A program made the position numbers and the translations under genes. The notes under the pieces were generated by a model. It saw only the letters and a list, made by a program, of their open reading frames with translations, was not told the origin of the DNA and made no database searches. From an uncultured Thiotrichales bacterium (GTDB lineage Bacteria; Pseudomonadota; Gammaproteobacteria; UBA4575), in assembly GCA_964614915.1 (NCBI GenBank), contig CAZTNC010000011.1:280705-344704 (forward strand): 64,000 nt of DNA, given 5' to 3'. Positions within the stretch are counted from its first letter, which is position 1. The number at the start of each line of letters is the position of its first letter. Of the stretch, positions 1 through 9,619 are shown piece by piece.

Positions 1-909
1 GACCTTTTTGTATTGCGCACGCGAGGCTTCGCTGAGCTGCTCGTAGACGTTGTTGATGCGGCTCATGTTGGCCGCATCGTAATCGAGCAGGTCGAGGAAC
101 ATTGAGTCCAGCAGGATACCGATGATCTGCGCGACCGGTACATAGCCCTGGATCATGGATTCCTCGGGGCCGAGGTGTGCGTCCTGGAAGCGGGTGGAGA
201 TGGCGAGGATGCGCTCGGCGCCAAGGTGCATGGCCGGGGACAGCGGGGCGATTGAGCGGATGCCACCGTCACCGTGCCAGCCGTCGTTGATCTGGATAGC
301 AGGAAAGATCAGCGGCAGGGCCGTCGAGGCCATCACGTGCTCGATGGTGATGTGTGCATTTTCGCTGCGCCGTCGCGGTCGCCGCCAGTGCTCGCCGACG
401 TGTCCCTGGACCCAGGTGACGGACACCCCGGTGCCGTAGTTCGTGGCGGTGATGCCAAGCACGCGCAGCCGGCCACGCTCGATGTTCTCCTGGATGCCGG
501 CAATGGGCTCGCCCGCAGGAGTGCCCAGGTTTCTTTCCAGGAGTCGGCGAAGCGGGTCGTTGTCCAGCAGGCTTCGCCTGCCCCCGCCGATGCGCCGACC
601 GCCGAGTACCAGGCTCGATCCCCAGCGCAGGAAGTTGGCCAGAAAATACCGGCTGTCGGTGCGAAAGACCTTGTCCGCGTTCAGGTTCGTCCAGATGCCG
701 GCCAGATGCTCGACCGCATCGGTAAAGCTGCCCGGATGCGAGGCCAGGTGCACGGCATTCAGGGCCCCGGCTGAGACCCCGGTGAGGATAGGCGGGTGAA
801 AATCCTCGAAATGCTTGCAGACGTAGCGCAACACGCCGACCTGGTAAGCGGCGCGAGCTCCGCCGCCGGTCATTGCAAGGCCTAGCCCCGAACGGGTTAC
901 ATCTGACAT
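1..909 (-). CDS. Patatin-like phospholipase (5' part; C-terminal end of the protein lies beyond the window start)
   Basis: Reverse-strand translation starts MSDVTRSGLGLAMTGGGARAAYQVGVL (GGGxR oxyanion motif), then GVSAGA (GxSxG nucleophile) and GDGGIRS (catalytic Asp motif). The ORF runs off the window edge. Confidence 0.7.
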   Translation of the reverse strand, partial: MSDVTRSGLGLAMTGGGARAAYQVGVLRYVCKHFEDFHPPILTGVSAGALNAVHLASHPGSFTDAVEHLAGIWTNLNADKVFRTDSRYFLANFLRWGSSLVLGGRRIGGGRRSLLDNDPLRRLLERNLGTPAGEPIAGIQENIERGRLRVLGITATNYGTGVSVTWVQGHVGEHWRRPRRRSENAHITIEHVMASTALPLIFPAIQINDGWHGDGGIRSIAPLSPAMHLGAERILAISTRFQDAHLGPEESMIQGYVPVAQIIGILLDSMFLDLLDYDAANMSRINNVYEQLSEASRAQYKKV

Positions 910-1042
910 GTCAAATCCAGGTCTGTGTGAGCCGGTGAGGTCAGCGTGCGCACCTTCGGGCGATTGCGGACTAAAGTACGCATGACCCGCGTATCCGGTC
1001 TACAATTACACTAGCGTTGAATCTCAAGTATACCGTATCGCC

Positions 1043-3748
1043 ATGTCCGAGCCGCGCACTCAAAAACCCGAGCCACCTCCATCTGAGGAACCGAAAATCT
1101 CCGGGCAGGACATCGACCCGCAGGAGACCCGGGAGTGGCTGGCAGCCCTCGATGCGGTGCTCGAGCGAGACGGTGCCGAGCGCGCCCACCACCTCATCGA
1201 GGAGTTGATCCACAGTGCGCGCATCCGCGGCGTGAACCTGCCGTTTCGAAACACCACGGCCTACGTCAACACCATCCCGGTCGAAGAGGAGGCGCGCCTG
1301 CCGGGTGATCCCCGGATGGAACACCGGGTGCGTTCGCTGGAGCGCTGGAATGCGCTCGCCATGGTCGTCAAGGCCAACCTGAAACACCCCGAGCTCGGCG
1401 GGCACATCTCCACCTACGCCTCGGCGGCAACCCTGATCAGCATCGGCTTCAATCATTTTTTCCGCCCTGCCAACGGTGAGTTTGCCGGTGACCTGGTGTA
1501 CTTTCAGGGCCATGCCGCTCCCGGGGTGTATGCACGCGCCTTCCTCGATGGGCGTCTGAGCGAATCACAGCTGTTGAATTTCAGGCGCGAGGTCGAAGGC
1601 GAAGGCCTGTCATCCTATCCGCACCCCTGGCTGATGCCGGACTTCTGGCAGTTCCCGACGGTGTCCATGGGTCTCGCACCGATCATGGGGATCTACCAAG
1701 CGCGTTTCATGAACTACCTGCATGACCGCAGCCTGATCGACAAGGGCAGCCGCAAGGTGTGGGTGTTCACAGGAGACGGCGAGATGGACGAGCCGGAATC
1801 GCTGGGCGCCATCTCGCTGGCTGCTCGCGAGGAACTCGATCACCTGATCTTCGTGATCAACTGCAACCTGCAGCGACTGGACGGACCGGTGCGCGGCAAC
1901 AGCAAGATCATCCAGGAACTCGAGGGGAATTTCCGGGGTGCTGGCTGGAACGTCATCAAGGTGCTTTGGGGCGGCAACTGGGATCCGCTGTTTGCCCGCG
2001 ACAAGGACGGCATCCTTCGAAAGCGCATGGAGGAGGCAGTCGATGGCGACTACCAGAACTACCGCGCTAAGGGAGGCGCTTACGTGCGCGAGCATTTCTT
2101 CGGCAAGTATCCGGAACTGAAGAAAATGACCGAGCACATGACTGACGATGACATCTGGCGGCTGAACCGCGGTGGCCACGATCAGCAGAAAATCTATGCC
2201 GCGTATGCGCGTGCCGTGGCGCATACCGGTCAGCCGACCGTGATTCTCGCCAAGACCGTCAAGGGTTACGGGCTTGGCAAGAGCGGTGAGAGCCTGAACA
2301 TTGCCCACCAGCTGAAAAAACCGGCGCGCGAATCCCTGGTCGCGTTTCGCGACCGCTACCGCATCCCGATCAGCGATGCCGAACTTGAGGACGTGCCGTT
2401 CTACAAGCCGCCCGAGGACAGCCCCGAGATGCGCTACCTCAAGCGCCTGCGCGACAAGCTGCACGGCGAGATGCCGAGACGCGAGAGCCCGACGATCGAA
2501 CTGAAGATACCAAAGCTTGAGGCCTTCAGGGAATTGCTCGACGGCAGCAAGGGCCGTTCGTATTCCACCACCATGGCTTTCGTCCGCATCCTGCTGACGC
2601 TGACGCGGGACAAGGCGCTGGCCCGCCACATCGTTCCGATCGTGCCGGATGAGGCGCGCACGTTCGGCATGGAGGGCCTGTTCCGGAGCCTCGGGATCTA
2701 CGCGCACCGTGGCCAGCAGTACGACCCGGTGGATTCCGACCAGGTACTGGTCTACCGTGAGGACCGCGCGGGACAGATCCTTGAGGAGGGCATCACCGAG
2801 GCCGGGGCAATGTCCTCCTGGATTGCCGCGGCCACCTCCTTTTGCATCCATAACATGCCGATGATCCCGTTCTACATTTTCTACTCCATGTTCGGCTTTC
2901 AGCGAGTCGGCGATCTGGCCTGGGCAGCTGGAGACAGCCGTGCACGGGGCTTTTTGATCGGCGGCACCTCCGGTCGCACGACTCTGGCTGGTGAAGGACT
3001 ACAGCACCAGGACGGGCACAGCCATGTACTTGCCTCCACGATTCCCAACTGCCGTGCCTACGACCCGGCCTTTGCCTATGAGCTTGCTGTCATCATCCAC
3101 CATGGGCTCGAGGCGATGTACGTGGAACAGAAGGACTGGTACTACTACATCACGGTGACCAATGAGAACTACGAGCACCCGGCCCTGCCCACCGGTTGCG
3201 AGCCCGGCATCATCCAGGGCATGTACCGACTGCAGGAAGCGCCCGGAAACGAGGTACAGGTGCGGTTGCTAGGCAGCGGGGCAATCCTTCGTGAAGTCAT
3301 CCGTGCGGCAGTCTTGCTGCTTGAGAATTTCGGCATCCATGCCGAGGTCTGGAGTGTGACGAGCTTCAATCGGCTGCGACGTGAAGGCATGGAGCGTGAA
3401 CGCTGGAACATGCTGCATCCCCGGAAAAAGGCGCGAAGGTCCTTCGTCGAGACATGCCTCGACGGTAGCGATGCGCCGGTGGTGGCGGCCACGGACTACA
3501 TGAAAATCTATGCTGACCAGATCCGTCCCTACGTGAAGGCTCCTTATGTCGTGCTCGGTACCGACGGGTTCGGGCGAAGCGATACCCGCCAAAGCCTGCG
3601 CCGTTACTTTGAGGTCGATGCCGAGTCCATTGCGGTGGCGACCCTGCACACGCTTGCCGAGCAAGGCACTATTGAGCGCAAGCACATCGGGGCTGCCATA
3701 AAAAAATACCGGCTGGACCCTGAAAAACCACCCCCGGTGCACAACTGA
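1043..3748 (+). CDS. aceE: Pyruvate dehydrogenase E1 component (homodimeric type)
   Basis: 901-aa ORF. The N-terminus and overall length match AceE (E. coli 887 aa). It contains a ThDP-binding GDGEMDEPE region. Confidence 0.95.
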   Translation: MSEPRTQKPEPPPSEEPKISGQDIDPQETREWLAALDAVLERDGAERAHHLIEELIHSARIRGVNLPFRNTTAYVNTIPVEEEARLPGDPRMEHRVRSLERWNALAMVVKANLKHPELGGHISTYASAATLISIGFNHFFRPANGEFAGDLVYFQGHAAPGVYARAFLDGRLSESQLLNFRREVEGEGLSSYPHPWLMPDFWQFPTVSMGLAPIMGIYQARFMNYLHDRSLIDKGSRKVWVFTGDGEMDEPESLGAISLAAREELDHLIFVINCNLQRLDGPVRGNSKIIQELEGNFRGAGWNVIKVLWGGNWDPLFARDKDGILRKRMEEAVDGDYQNYRAKGGAYVREHFFGKYPELKKMTEHMTDDDIWRLNRGGHDQQKIYAAYARAVAHTGQPTVILAKTVKGYGLGKSGESLNIAHQLKKPARESLVAFRDRYRIPISDAELEDVPFYKPPEDSPEMRYLKRLRDKLHGEMPRRESPTIELKIPKLEAFRELLDGSKGRSYSTTMAFVRILLTLTRDKALARHIVPIVPDEARTFGMEGLFRSLGIYAHRGQQYDPVDSDQVLVYREDRAGQILEEGITEAGAMSSWIAAATSFCIHNMPMIPFYIFYSMFGFQRVGDLAWAAGDSRARGFLIGGTSGRTTLAGEGLQHQDGHSHVLASTIPNCRAYDPAFAYELAVIIHHGLEAMYVEQKDWYYYITVTNENYEHPALPTGCEPGIIQGMYRLQEAPGNEVQVRLLGSGAILREVIRAAVLLLENFGIHAEVWSVTSFNRLRREGMERERWNMLHPRKKARRSFVETCLDGSDAPVVAATDYMKIYADQIRPYVKAPYVVLGTDGFGRSDTRQSLRRYFEVDAESIAVATLHTLAEQGTIERKHIGAAIKKYRLDPEKPPPVHN

Positions 3749-3754
3749 TCGCAC

Positions 3755-4996
3755 ATGGGTCAACTCAAGGACATTTGCATCACCGAGCTTGAAGATGACG
3801 CTCCGGTGGATGTGGTCGAGATCCTGGTGCAGGCGGGCGAGACCGTCGAGGCCGACCAGCCCCTGGCCACCTTGGAGACAGACAAGGCCCTGGTGGAGTT
3901 CCCGTCCCCGCATGCCGGCGTGGTGGGCAAGATCCACGTGCAGCCCGGGGACCAGATGGTGCAAGGGGATGCATTGCTCGCTCTGGAACTTACTGCTTCC
4001 GCGCCCGATGCAGAGCCGTCTACGCTTGAAGAGGCGCAGACTCCGGTATCGCGCGAACCCGCACTGAACCCCGAGCCCGTACCGGCGCCACTTGGGACAA
4101 CTCCTCGAGCCTACGCCAGCCCGGCCATGTACCGCTATGCCCGTGAACTCGGGGTCTCGCTTGAGCGCGTGCAGGGCAGCGGGCGCGGACTGCGGGTCTT
4201 GAAGGAGGATATCGAGCAGCATGTGCGCACCCGCCTACAGTCTTCATCCGAGCCTTCGGTGCCAGCACCGGCCCCCCTGCCGGACTTTTCCAAGTACGGG
4301 GACACCGAGGAAGAACCCCTGACCCGGATCCAGCGCCTGACTGCAGAGAACCTGCTTTCGGCCTGGCAGTCCATCCCGCACGTGACCCATTTCGAGCGTG
4401 CCGATGTGACCGCCCTCGAGGCCTATCGTGCCGAGCTGGCCGAGGAGGCAAGGTCCCAGGGATTGCGACTTACGCCACCAATCTTCGTCATCAAAGCCTT
4501 GGCCGACGCATTGGCCGAGTTTCCACGTTTCAATGCCTCCTACGATGCAGCAAAAGGCTGCATCCTGCTGAAAAAGTTCTTCCACATCGGTATCGCAGTG
4601 GACACCCCGCATGGATTGCTGGTGCCGGTACTGCGCGATGTGAACAAGAAGACCTTGGCTGAAGTGGCCGTCGAGGTGGCGGACCTCGGTCAGCGTGCCC
4701 GCGAACGAAAGTTGAGGCCGGACGAGATGGGTGGTGCGAGCATGACGGTCACGAGCCTCGGACATATCGGCGGGCAGGCCTTCACGCCGATCATCAATCC
4801 GCCCGAGGTGGCCATCCTGGGCCTGTCACGCATGATCGTGCGCACCAGTTCTTCCCCGCAGGGCACCTCCCGGCAGAATTTTCTGCCACTCTCGTTGTCC
4901 TATGATCACCGGGTCATCAATGGAGCAGAGGCCGCCCGGTTTTCTTTGCATCTGAAGGCCATTCTTGAAGACATCTGGAAGCTGGTTCTGGGATAA
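3755..4996 (+). CDS. aceF: Dihydrolipoamide acetyltransferase E2 (single lipoyl domain)
   Basis: Lipoyl-lysine motif LETDKA. E3-binding domain (YASPAMYRYARELGV). Catalytic C-terminus SYDHRVINGAEAARF (DHRxxDG). Confidence 0.9.
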   Translation: MGQLKDICITELEDDAPVDVVEILVQAGETVEADQPLATLETDKALVEFPSPHAGVVGKIHVQPGDQMVQGDALLALELTASAPDAEPSTLEEAQTPVSREPALNPEPVPAPLGTTPRAYASPAMYRYARELGVSLERVQGSGRGLRVLKEDIEQHVRTRLQSSSEPSVPAPAPLPDFSKYGDTEEEPLTRIQRLTAENLLSAWQSIPHVTHFERADVTALEAYRAELAEEARSQGLRLTPPIFVIKALADALAEFPRFNASYDAAKGCILLKKFFHIGIAVDTPHGLLVPVLRDVNKKTLAEVAVEVADLGQRARERKLRPDEMGGASMTVTSLGHIGGQAFTPIINPPEVAILGLSRMIVRTSSSPQGTSRQNFLPLSLSYDHRVINGAEAARFSLHLKAILEDIWKLVLG

Positions 4997-5003
4997 TGCC
5001 GTT

Positions 5004-6104
5004 ATGAGGATTGGAGTCCCGAAGGAGATCATGGTCGACGAGTACCGGGTGTCGTTGCTGCCGGTCGGTGCCCAGTTGCTGGTCGAGGACGGCCACGAGG
5101 TGTGGGTGCAGACCTTGGCCGGTACGGGCAGTGGTTATCTGGACGAGGAATACCAAAAGGCCGGCGCACGCATTGTGGACTCGGCCGATACCATCCACCA
5201 GGAATGCGAGTTGCTGCTCAAGGTTAAGGAGCCGCAGATGTCGGAGATCGGACACTACGCGAACTCCTTGATGGTCTTCGGGTATTTCCACCTGGCGGTC
5301 TCAAGACCTTTGGTTGAGACCTGCCTTGAAAAAAATATCTCGGCACTGGCCTGCGAGACGCTGGGAGATCCGAGAGGTGAGCGCCCGCTGCTCAAACCCA
5401 TGAGCGAGGTTGCCGGCAAGATGTCGATCCAGGAAGGGGCGAAATGCCTGGAGCGTCCGATGATGGGGCGCGGCATCCTGCTCGGTGGGGTAGCCGGTGT
5501 GGCCCCGGCCAATGTGCTGGTGCTGGGGGCGGGCGTGGTTGGCGCCAATGCCGCACGGGTGGCAGCCGGGCTCGGTGCCAACGTCACCATCATGGATATC
5601 GATATCGAAAAACTCAGGCGCCTCGGTGAGGTCATGCCGGACAATGTCACGACCATCTACTGCGACCCCCATGCCGTGCACCAGTACGCCGTGCAGGCGG
5701 ACCTGATCGTGGGGGCCTTGCTGATTCCCGGTGCCCGCTCACCAAGGCTGATCAACCGCGCGATGCTGGGTGAGATGAAGCGCGGTGCCGTCCTTGTGGA
5801 TGTGTCCATTGACCAGGGCGGATGTTTCGAGACGAGCCGGCGCACCTCGCACAGCGATCCGGTATACGTGATCGATGACATCGTGCACTACTGCGTGCCG
5901 AACATGCCGGGTGCGGTGGGCCGCACCAGCACCCAGGCATATTGCAACGCTACGCTGCCCTACATTCGCAAGCTGGCTAAACTGGGGCTTGAGGGTTTTC
6001 TCGGGTATGAAGCCGGTGTGCAAGAGGCGCTCAACCTCCATGGCGGTAAAATCACCCATGCCGGGGTGGCCAGCGCTTTTCCGGATCTGCCAAGTTCCGC
6101 CTGA
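5004..6104 (+). CDS. ald: L-alanine dehydrogenase
   Basis: MRIGVPKEI N-terminus, PLLKPMSEVAG, VLVDVSIDQGG and HYCVPNMPGAVGRTST all match AlaDH rather than PntA. Start taken at the internal ATG 5004; the tracked ORF starts at 4965 inside aceF. Confidence 0.85.
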   Translation: MRIGVPKEIMVDEYRVSLLPVGAQLLVEDGHEVWVQTLAGTGSGYLDEEYQKAGARIVDSADTIHQECELLLKVKEPQMSEIGHYANSLMVFGYFHLAVSRPLVETCLEKNISALACETLGDPRGERPLLKPMSEVAGKMSIQEGAKCLERPMMGRGILLGGVAGVAPANVLVLGAGVVGANAARVAAGLGANVTIMDIDIEKLRRLGEVMPDNVTTIYCDPHAVHQYAVQADLIVGALLIPGARSPRLINRAMLGEMKRGAVLVDVSIDQGGCFETSRRTSHSDPVYVIDDIVHYCVPNMPGAVGRTSTQAYCNATLPYIRKLAKLGLEGFLGYEAGVQEALNLHGGKITHAGVASAFPDLPSSA

Positions 6105-6127
6105 CCCTCAACGATCCGCCGGCCCTC

Positions 6128-6161
6128 CTGTCACGGGCCTTCAGCAAAGGCCTGCTACAAT
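6128..6161 (+). promoter_or_regulatory. Possible PhoB-type promoter upstream of phoX: Pho-box-like half-site CTGTCAC (6128-6134), weak second repeat, then a TACAAT -10-like hexamer (6156-6161)
   Basis: CTGTCAC is 6/7 identical to the CTGTCAT half-site. The 10-11 bp spacing to the -10-like element fits PhoB promoter geometry. The second half-site is poor. Confidence 0.25.
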
Positions 6162-6206
6162 CAATTATCACTAATTACCCTGCAAACCAGGGGGTTCGAT
6201 AGAAGA

Positions 6207-8099
6207 ATGAGCAGTCTGGATGTGGATGATTTCCCGGTGCCGCGCGAACACTGCTCAACACCGTTTCGTGAAATCCTTGAGCGTCGTATCGCACGGCGCA
6301 CCTTCCTGAAAGGCTCTGCGCTTGCCGGTGCACAAACGACGTTACTCAGTCAGGCGCTAGCTTCAAAGACAACTTCTCCAGTTTCGTTCAAGGAGTTGCC
6401 CCATGGGCTAGATGACACCCTGCATGTGCCAGAAGGTTATGTCTGGCAGGTAGTGTGCGCCTGGGGAGATCCCGTGTTTGGTGATGCCCCGGACTTTGAT
6501 CCGTACCGGCAAACGCCTGACGCCCAGGCCAGGCAATTCGGATATAACAATGATTTTCTCGCCTGGCTCCCCTTGCCAGGCGCCCCTCACTCATCAAAAT
6601 CCGGCCTCCTGGTGATCAACCACGAGTATACGAGCAGTGCCATGATGCACCCGGGCTCACCCGACCCCTTTGGCCTAAGCCGCGAACAGGTGGATATCGA
6701 GATACAGGCCCACGGCTTGTCCGTGATCGAGGTACACCGGCAAGCGGGTGTTTGGAAGACCAACCTCGCCTCCGGATACAATCGGCGCATCACACCGCTC
6801 ACTGAAATGCAATTCTCCGGCCCGGCCCGTGGCCATCGCAGGCTGAGGACCACTTTCTCTCCCGAGGGTGTGGAATCTATGGGCACGTTCGGCAACTGTG
6901 CGGGACAGGCTACACCGTGGGGCACGGTACTCACAGCAGAAGAAAATGTGCAGTTTTACTTCATGGGCGAGGCAAGGCTGACCGATGAAATCAGGAGTTA
7001 CAAGCGCTTTGGCATGCATGGCAGCGACGTCGCCCTCTCGGCCTGGGGGATGTTTCATGAGCACTGGAACCTGGACCTGCACCCGCAGGCCGGAATGCAC
7101 GCCGGGTGGATCGTCGAGATCGACCCGTACGATCCGGAATCCGTACCGGTGAAACGAACGGCGCTTGGGCGCTGCAAGCACGAGGGTTGTGATGTGATCA
7201 TCAATCCGGACGGGCGGGTGGTGGTGTACATGGGTGATGACCAGGCCTTCGAGTACATCTACCGGTTTGTCAGCAAGCACCGCTATCGCCCGGGAGATGC
7301 CGGGCACAACCGCACCTTGCTGGATGAAGGAGAGCTGTCGGTAGCCGAGTTCACCGAACAGGGCGTGCTTGTCTGGCATCCCCTGGTATGGGGACAGGGC
7401 GCCTGTACGCCGGCCAACGGTTTCTCCAGCCAAGCGGATGTGGTCATCGATCTGCGAAAGGCGGCAGACCTTGCAGGAGCGACCCCGATGGACCGGCCTG
7501 AGGAGATCAAGGTCAACCCGATCACGGGCCACGTCTTTGCGATCCTCACGAACAACGTGATGCGTGAGCCGCTGTCAGACGATCCTGCCAACCCGAGGGG
7601 TTTCAATCGCCATGGGCACATCCTTGAATTCATTGCGTCCGTCGGTGATCACACCGCCCCAGAGTTCACATGGGAGATCTTCATACTTGCCGGTGACCCA
7701 CAAAGTCCGATGGACGGGGCCCGCTATCATCCAGACATCAGTGAACAGGGCTGGTTCTCCTGTCCGGACAACGGTACGTTCGATCGCTCCGGCCATCTGT
7801 GGATTGCAACCGACGGCTTTGGAAAACAGGGCGTTGCAGATGGTATATGGGTCAGTGGTACCCAAGGAAGCCATCGTGCCCGATCTCGCCATTTTCTGCA
7901 CGCTCCCCGAGGAGCGGAGATCTGCAGTCCGTGCTTCACACCTGATCAAAAAACGATGTTCTGTTCCGTACAACACCCCGGGGAAGGCTCAAGATTCGAC
8001 GCACCCTCAACACGATGGCCTGATTTTGATGCCAGTACGCCACCGCGTCCGGCAATAGTAGCGATTTCTCATGGTAGGGATCAGGTGATAGGCAGCTAA
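6207..8099 (+). CDS. phoX: PhoX-family (DUF839) phosphatase with Tat signal peptide
   Basis: Twin-arginine motif RRTFLKGSALAGA. The motif NCAGQATPWGTVLTAEEN is characteristic of PhoX/DUF839. 630 aa. Confidence 0.7.
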   Translation: MSSLDVDDFPVPREHCSTPFREILERRIARRTFLKGSALAGAQTTLLSQALASKTTSPVSFKELPHGLDDTLHVPEGYVWQVVCAWGDPVFGDAPDFDPYRQTPDAQARQFGYNNDFLAWLPLPGAPHSSKSGLLVINHEYTSSAMMHPGSPDPFGLSREQVDIEIQAHGLSVIEVHRQAGVWKTNLASGYNRRITPLTEMQFSGPARGHRRLRTTFSPEGVESMGTFGNCAGQATPWGTVLTAEENVQFYFMGEARLTDEIRSYKRFGMHGSDVALSAWGMFHEHWNLDLHPQAGMHAGWIVEIDPYDPESVPVKRTALGRCKHEGCDVIINPDGRVVVYMGDDQAFEYIYRFVSKHRYRPGDAGHNRTLLDEGELSVAEFTEQGVLVWHPLVWGQGACTPANGFSSQADVVIDLRKAADLAGATPMDRPEEIKVNPITGHVFAILTNNVMREPLSDDPANPRGFNRHGHILEFIASVGDHTAPEFTWEIFILAGDPQSPMDGARYHPDISEQGWFSCPDNGTFDRSGHLWIATDGFGKQGVADGIWVSGTQGSHRARSRHFLHAPRGAEICSPCFTPDQKTMFCSVQHPGEGSRFDAPSTRWPDFDASTPPRPAIVAISHGRDQVIGS

Positions 8100-8410
8100 C
8101 TACGTACGGTTACCCCCCAACAAGCTGAAGACTGGAGATACATGACCCTAAAATTCAGAATCGAAATTGTAGAAGAATTTCAGGTTAACTAAACCGCGGT
8201 GTAGGGTTGTTGTATAAATCTAGAATCATGTGGGGTTAAATTGAACGTTCGTCGCATTCTCTCTCTGTCTCCTGGCTTGGAATGCGTTTGTCCGTACAAG
8301 GATCGTAGGCGTACAGAGAGAACCACTGAAAATTAATGGAGCCCGGTGGGGCAAGATCATGTCGGCGAAATATACTGACGCTTTGCTATGGTTGATTGCA
8401 TCAATGGGGC

Positions 8411-9565
8411 TCAGAGGCCTGTCCTTGTAAAAAGACACTCCCGACCGATATTTTCAATCGATGCGCATCCGGCCAGTGACATGGCGAATTCCAGCTCGTT
8501 GCGAACCAGCTTGATGAGGTGTGCAACGCCCAGGCGACCCGCTATGGCCAGTGCATAGACTTGCGGTCGACCAATCATCACGGCATCGGCGCCCATGGCA
8601 ATGGCCTTGAACACATCGTATCCGCTTCTAATTCCACCATCCATGAGCAGCGGGAAATCATCACCGACGGCCTCGCGGATTTCGGGCAGGCAATGAATGC
8701 TGGCCGGCATCGCATCCAGGCCCCTGCCACCGTGATTAGACACCGCAATACAGTCGATGCCCATATCGACCAGACGCCTGGCATCCTGCGGATGCGTCAC
8801 CCCCTTTGCAATCGTGGGCAGCGAGGTCTGTTCAAGTATCCAGGCCAGCTCGTCCCAGCCTGGCGCCTCGCTCATCATGCCTTGGAAAATCGGGCTTTGA
8901 TCGGGCTGCAGAACGGCTTGCGGCCGGGGGGCTGAATCGGTCAGGTTTGCCGGGCGGGCATGATCGGGCAGGACAAACCCGGCTCTCAATGCACGATAGA
9001 TGGGGGCCTGAATGGGCACGTTCAGGGTCACCATGAGGGCGCCGAAGCCTGCTTCTTCTGCGCGGCCAATCAACGTCTGAGTGTGCTCACGGGAAGACTG
9101 AATGTAGAGCTGGAACCACTTCGGCGCATCGGTTTCTGCGGCGATCTCCTCCATGGGTTTGGAGGCCAGGGTACTGACGACGAGCCCTGCCTCCTGTTCT
9201 GCGGCACCTGCGGCTGTGGCGAGTTCTCCTTGTGGGTGCACCAGGGTTTGTGCGCTCACCGGTGCGAGTAGCACGGGATGACGGAATGGCTGCCCGAGCA
9301 GCGTCACCCGCGTTGAGGCTTCCCTGAGGTCCTGCAGGATTCGGCTGTGCAGCTCGATGTCTGCCAGTGCCCGAAGGTTTGCGTGCAGGGCCAGCTCGCT
9401 ACCGCTGCCGCCAGCAATTTGTGCCAGGGCCGCAGCCCCGATGAATTCGGGGGCAAGCCGCTCGTAATCAGACGGGGCTGCCAGTTCGGATGAGATCACA
9501 TCCAGAGGCTCCCGCAGAGCAGAGAATTGAGTTTTTGTGCCGCCCATAGTCGTATGGTTACACAA
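8411..9565 (-). CDS. FMN-dependent alpha-hydroxy acid dehydrogenase/oxidase (LldD / glycolate oxidase family)
   Basis: SNHGGRGLD active-site motif and a TIM-barrel FMN family pattern (PxxLAPxxxQ, GADAVMIGRP). The start may be the internal Met at 9547. Confidence 0.75.
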   Translation of the reverse strand: MCNHTTMGGTKTQFSALREPLDVISSELAAPSDYERLAPEFIGAAALAQIAGGSGSELALHANLRALADIELHSRILQDLREASTRVTLLGQPFRHPVLLAPVSAQTLVHPQGELATAAGAAEQEAGLVVSTLASKPMEEIAAETDAPKWFQLYIQSSREHTQTLIGRAEEAGFGALMVTLNVPIQAPIYRALRAGFVLPDHARPANLTDSAPRPQAVLQPDQSPIFQGMMSEAPGWDELAWILEQTSLPTIAKGVTHPQDARRLVDMGIDCIAVSNHGGRGLDAMPASIHCLPEIREAVGDDFPLLMDGGIRSGYDVFKAIAMGADAVMIGRPQVYALAIAGRLGVAHLIKLVRNELEFAMSLAGCASIENIGRECLFTRTGL

Positions 9566-9619
9566 ATTCTTCTACCCGCCTACTGACAGCCCCCAGGGCC
9601 GCCTTGGCCTCATTTCAGT

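Noticed and set aside
155-799. Three overlapping plus-strand ORFs (94-166 aa) inside the patatin gene region
   Set aside because: Their translations are Arg/Pro/Ala-rich low-complexity, typical of off-frame ORFs in high-GC DNA. The minus-strand frame has clear patatin motifs.
1610-2851. 413-aa minus-strand ORF antisense to aceE
   Set aside because: It lies wholly inside a strongly supported aceE frame and has no recognisable motifs. It is a high-GC artefact.
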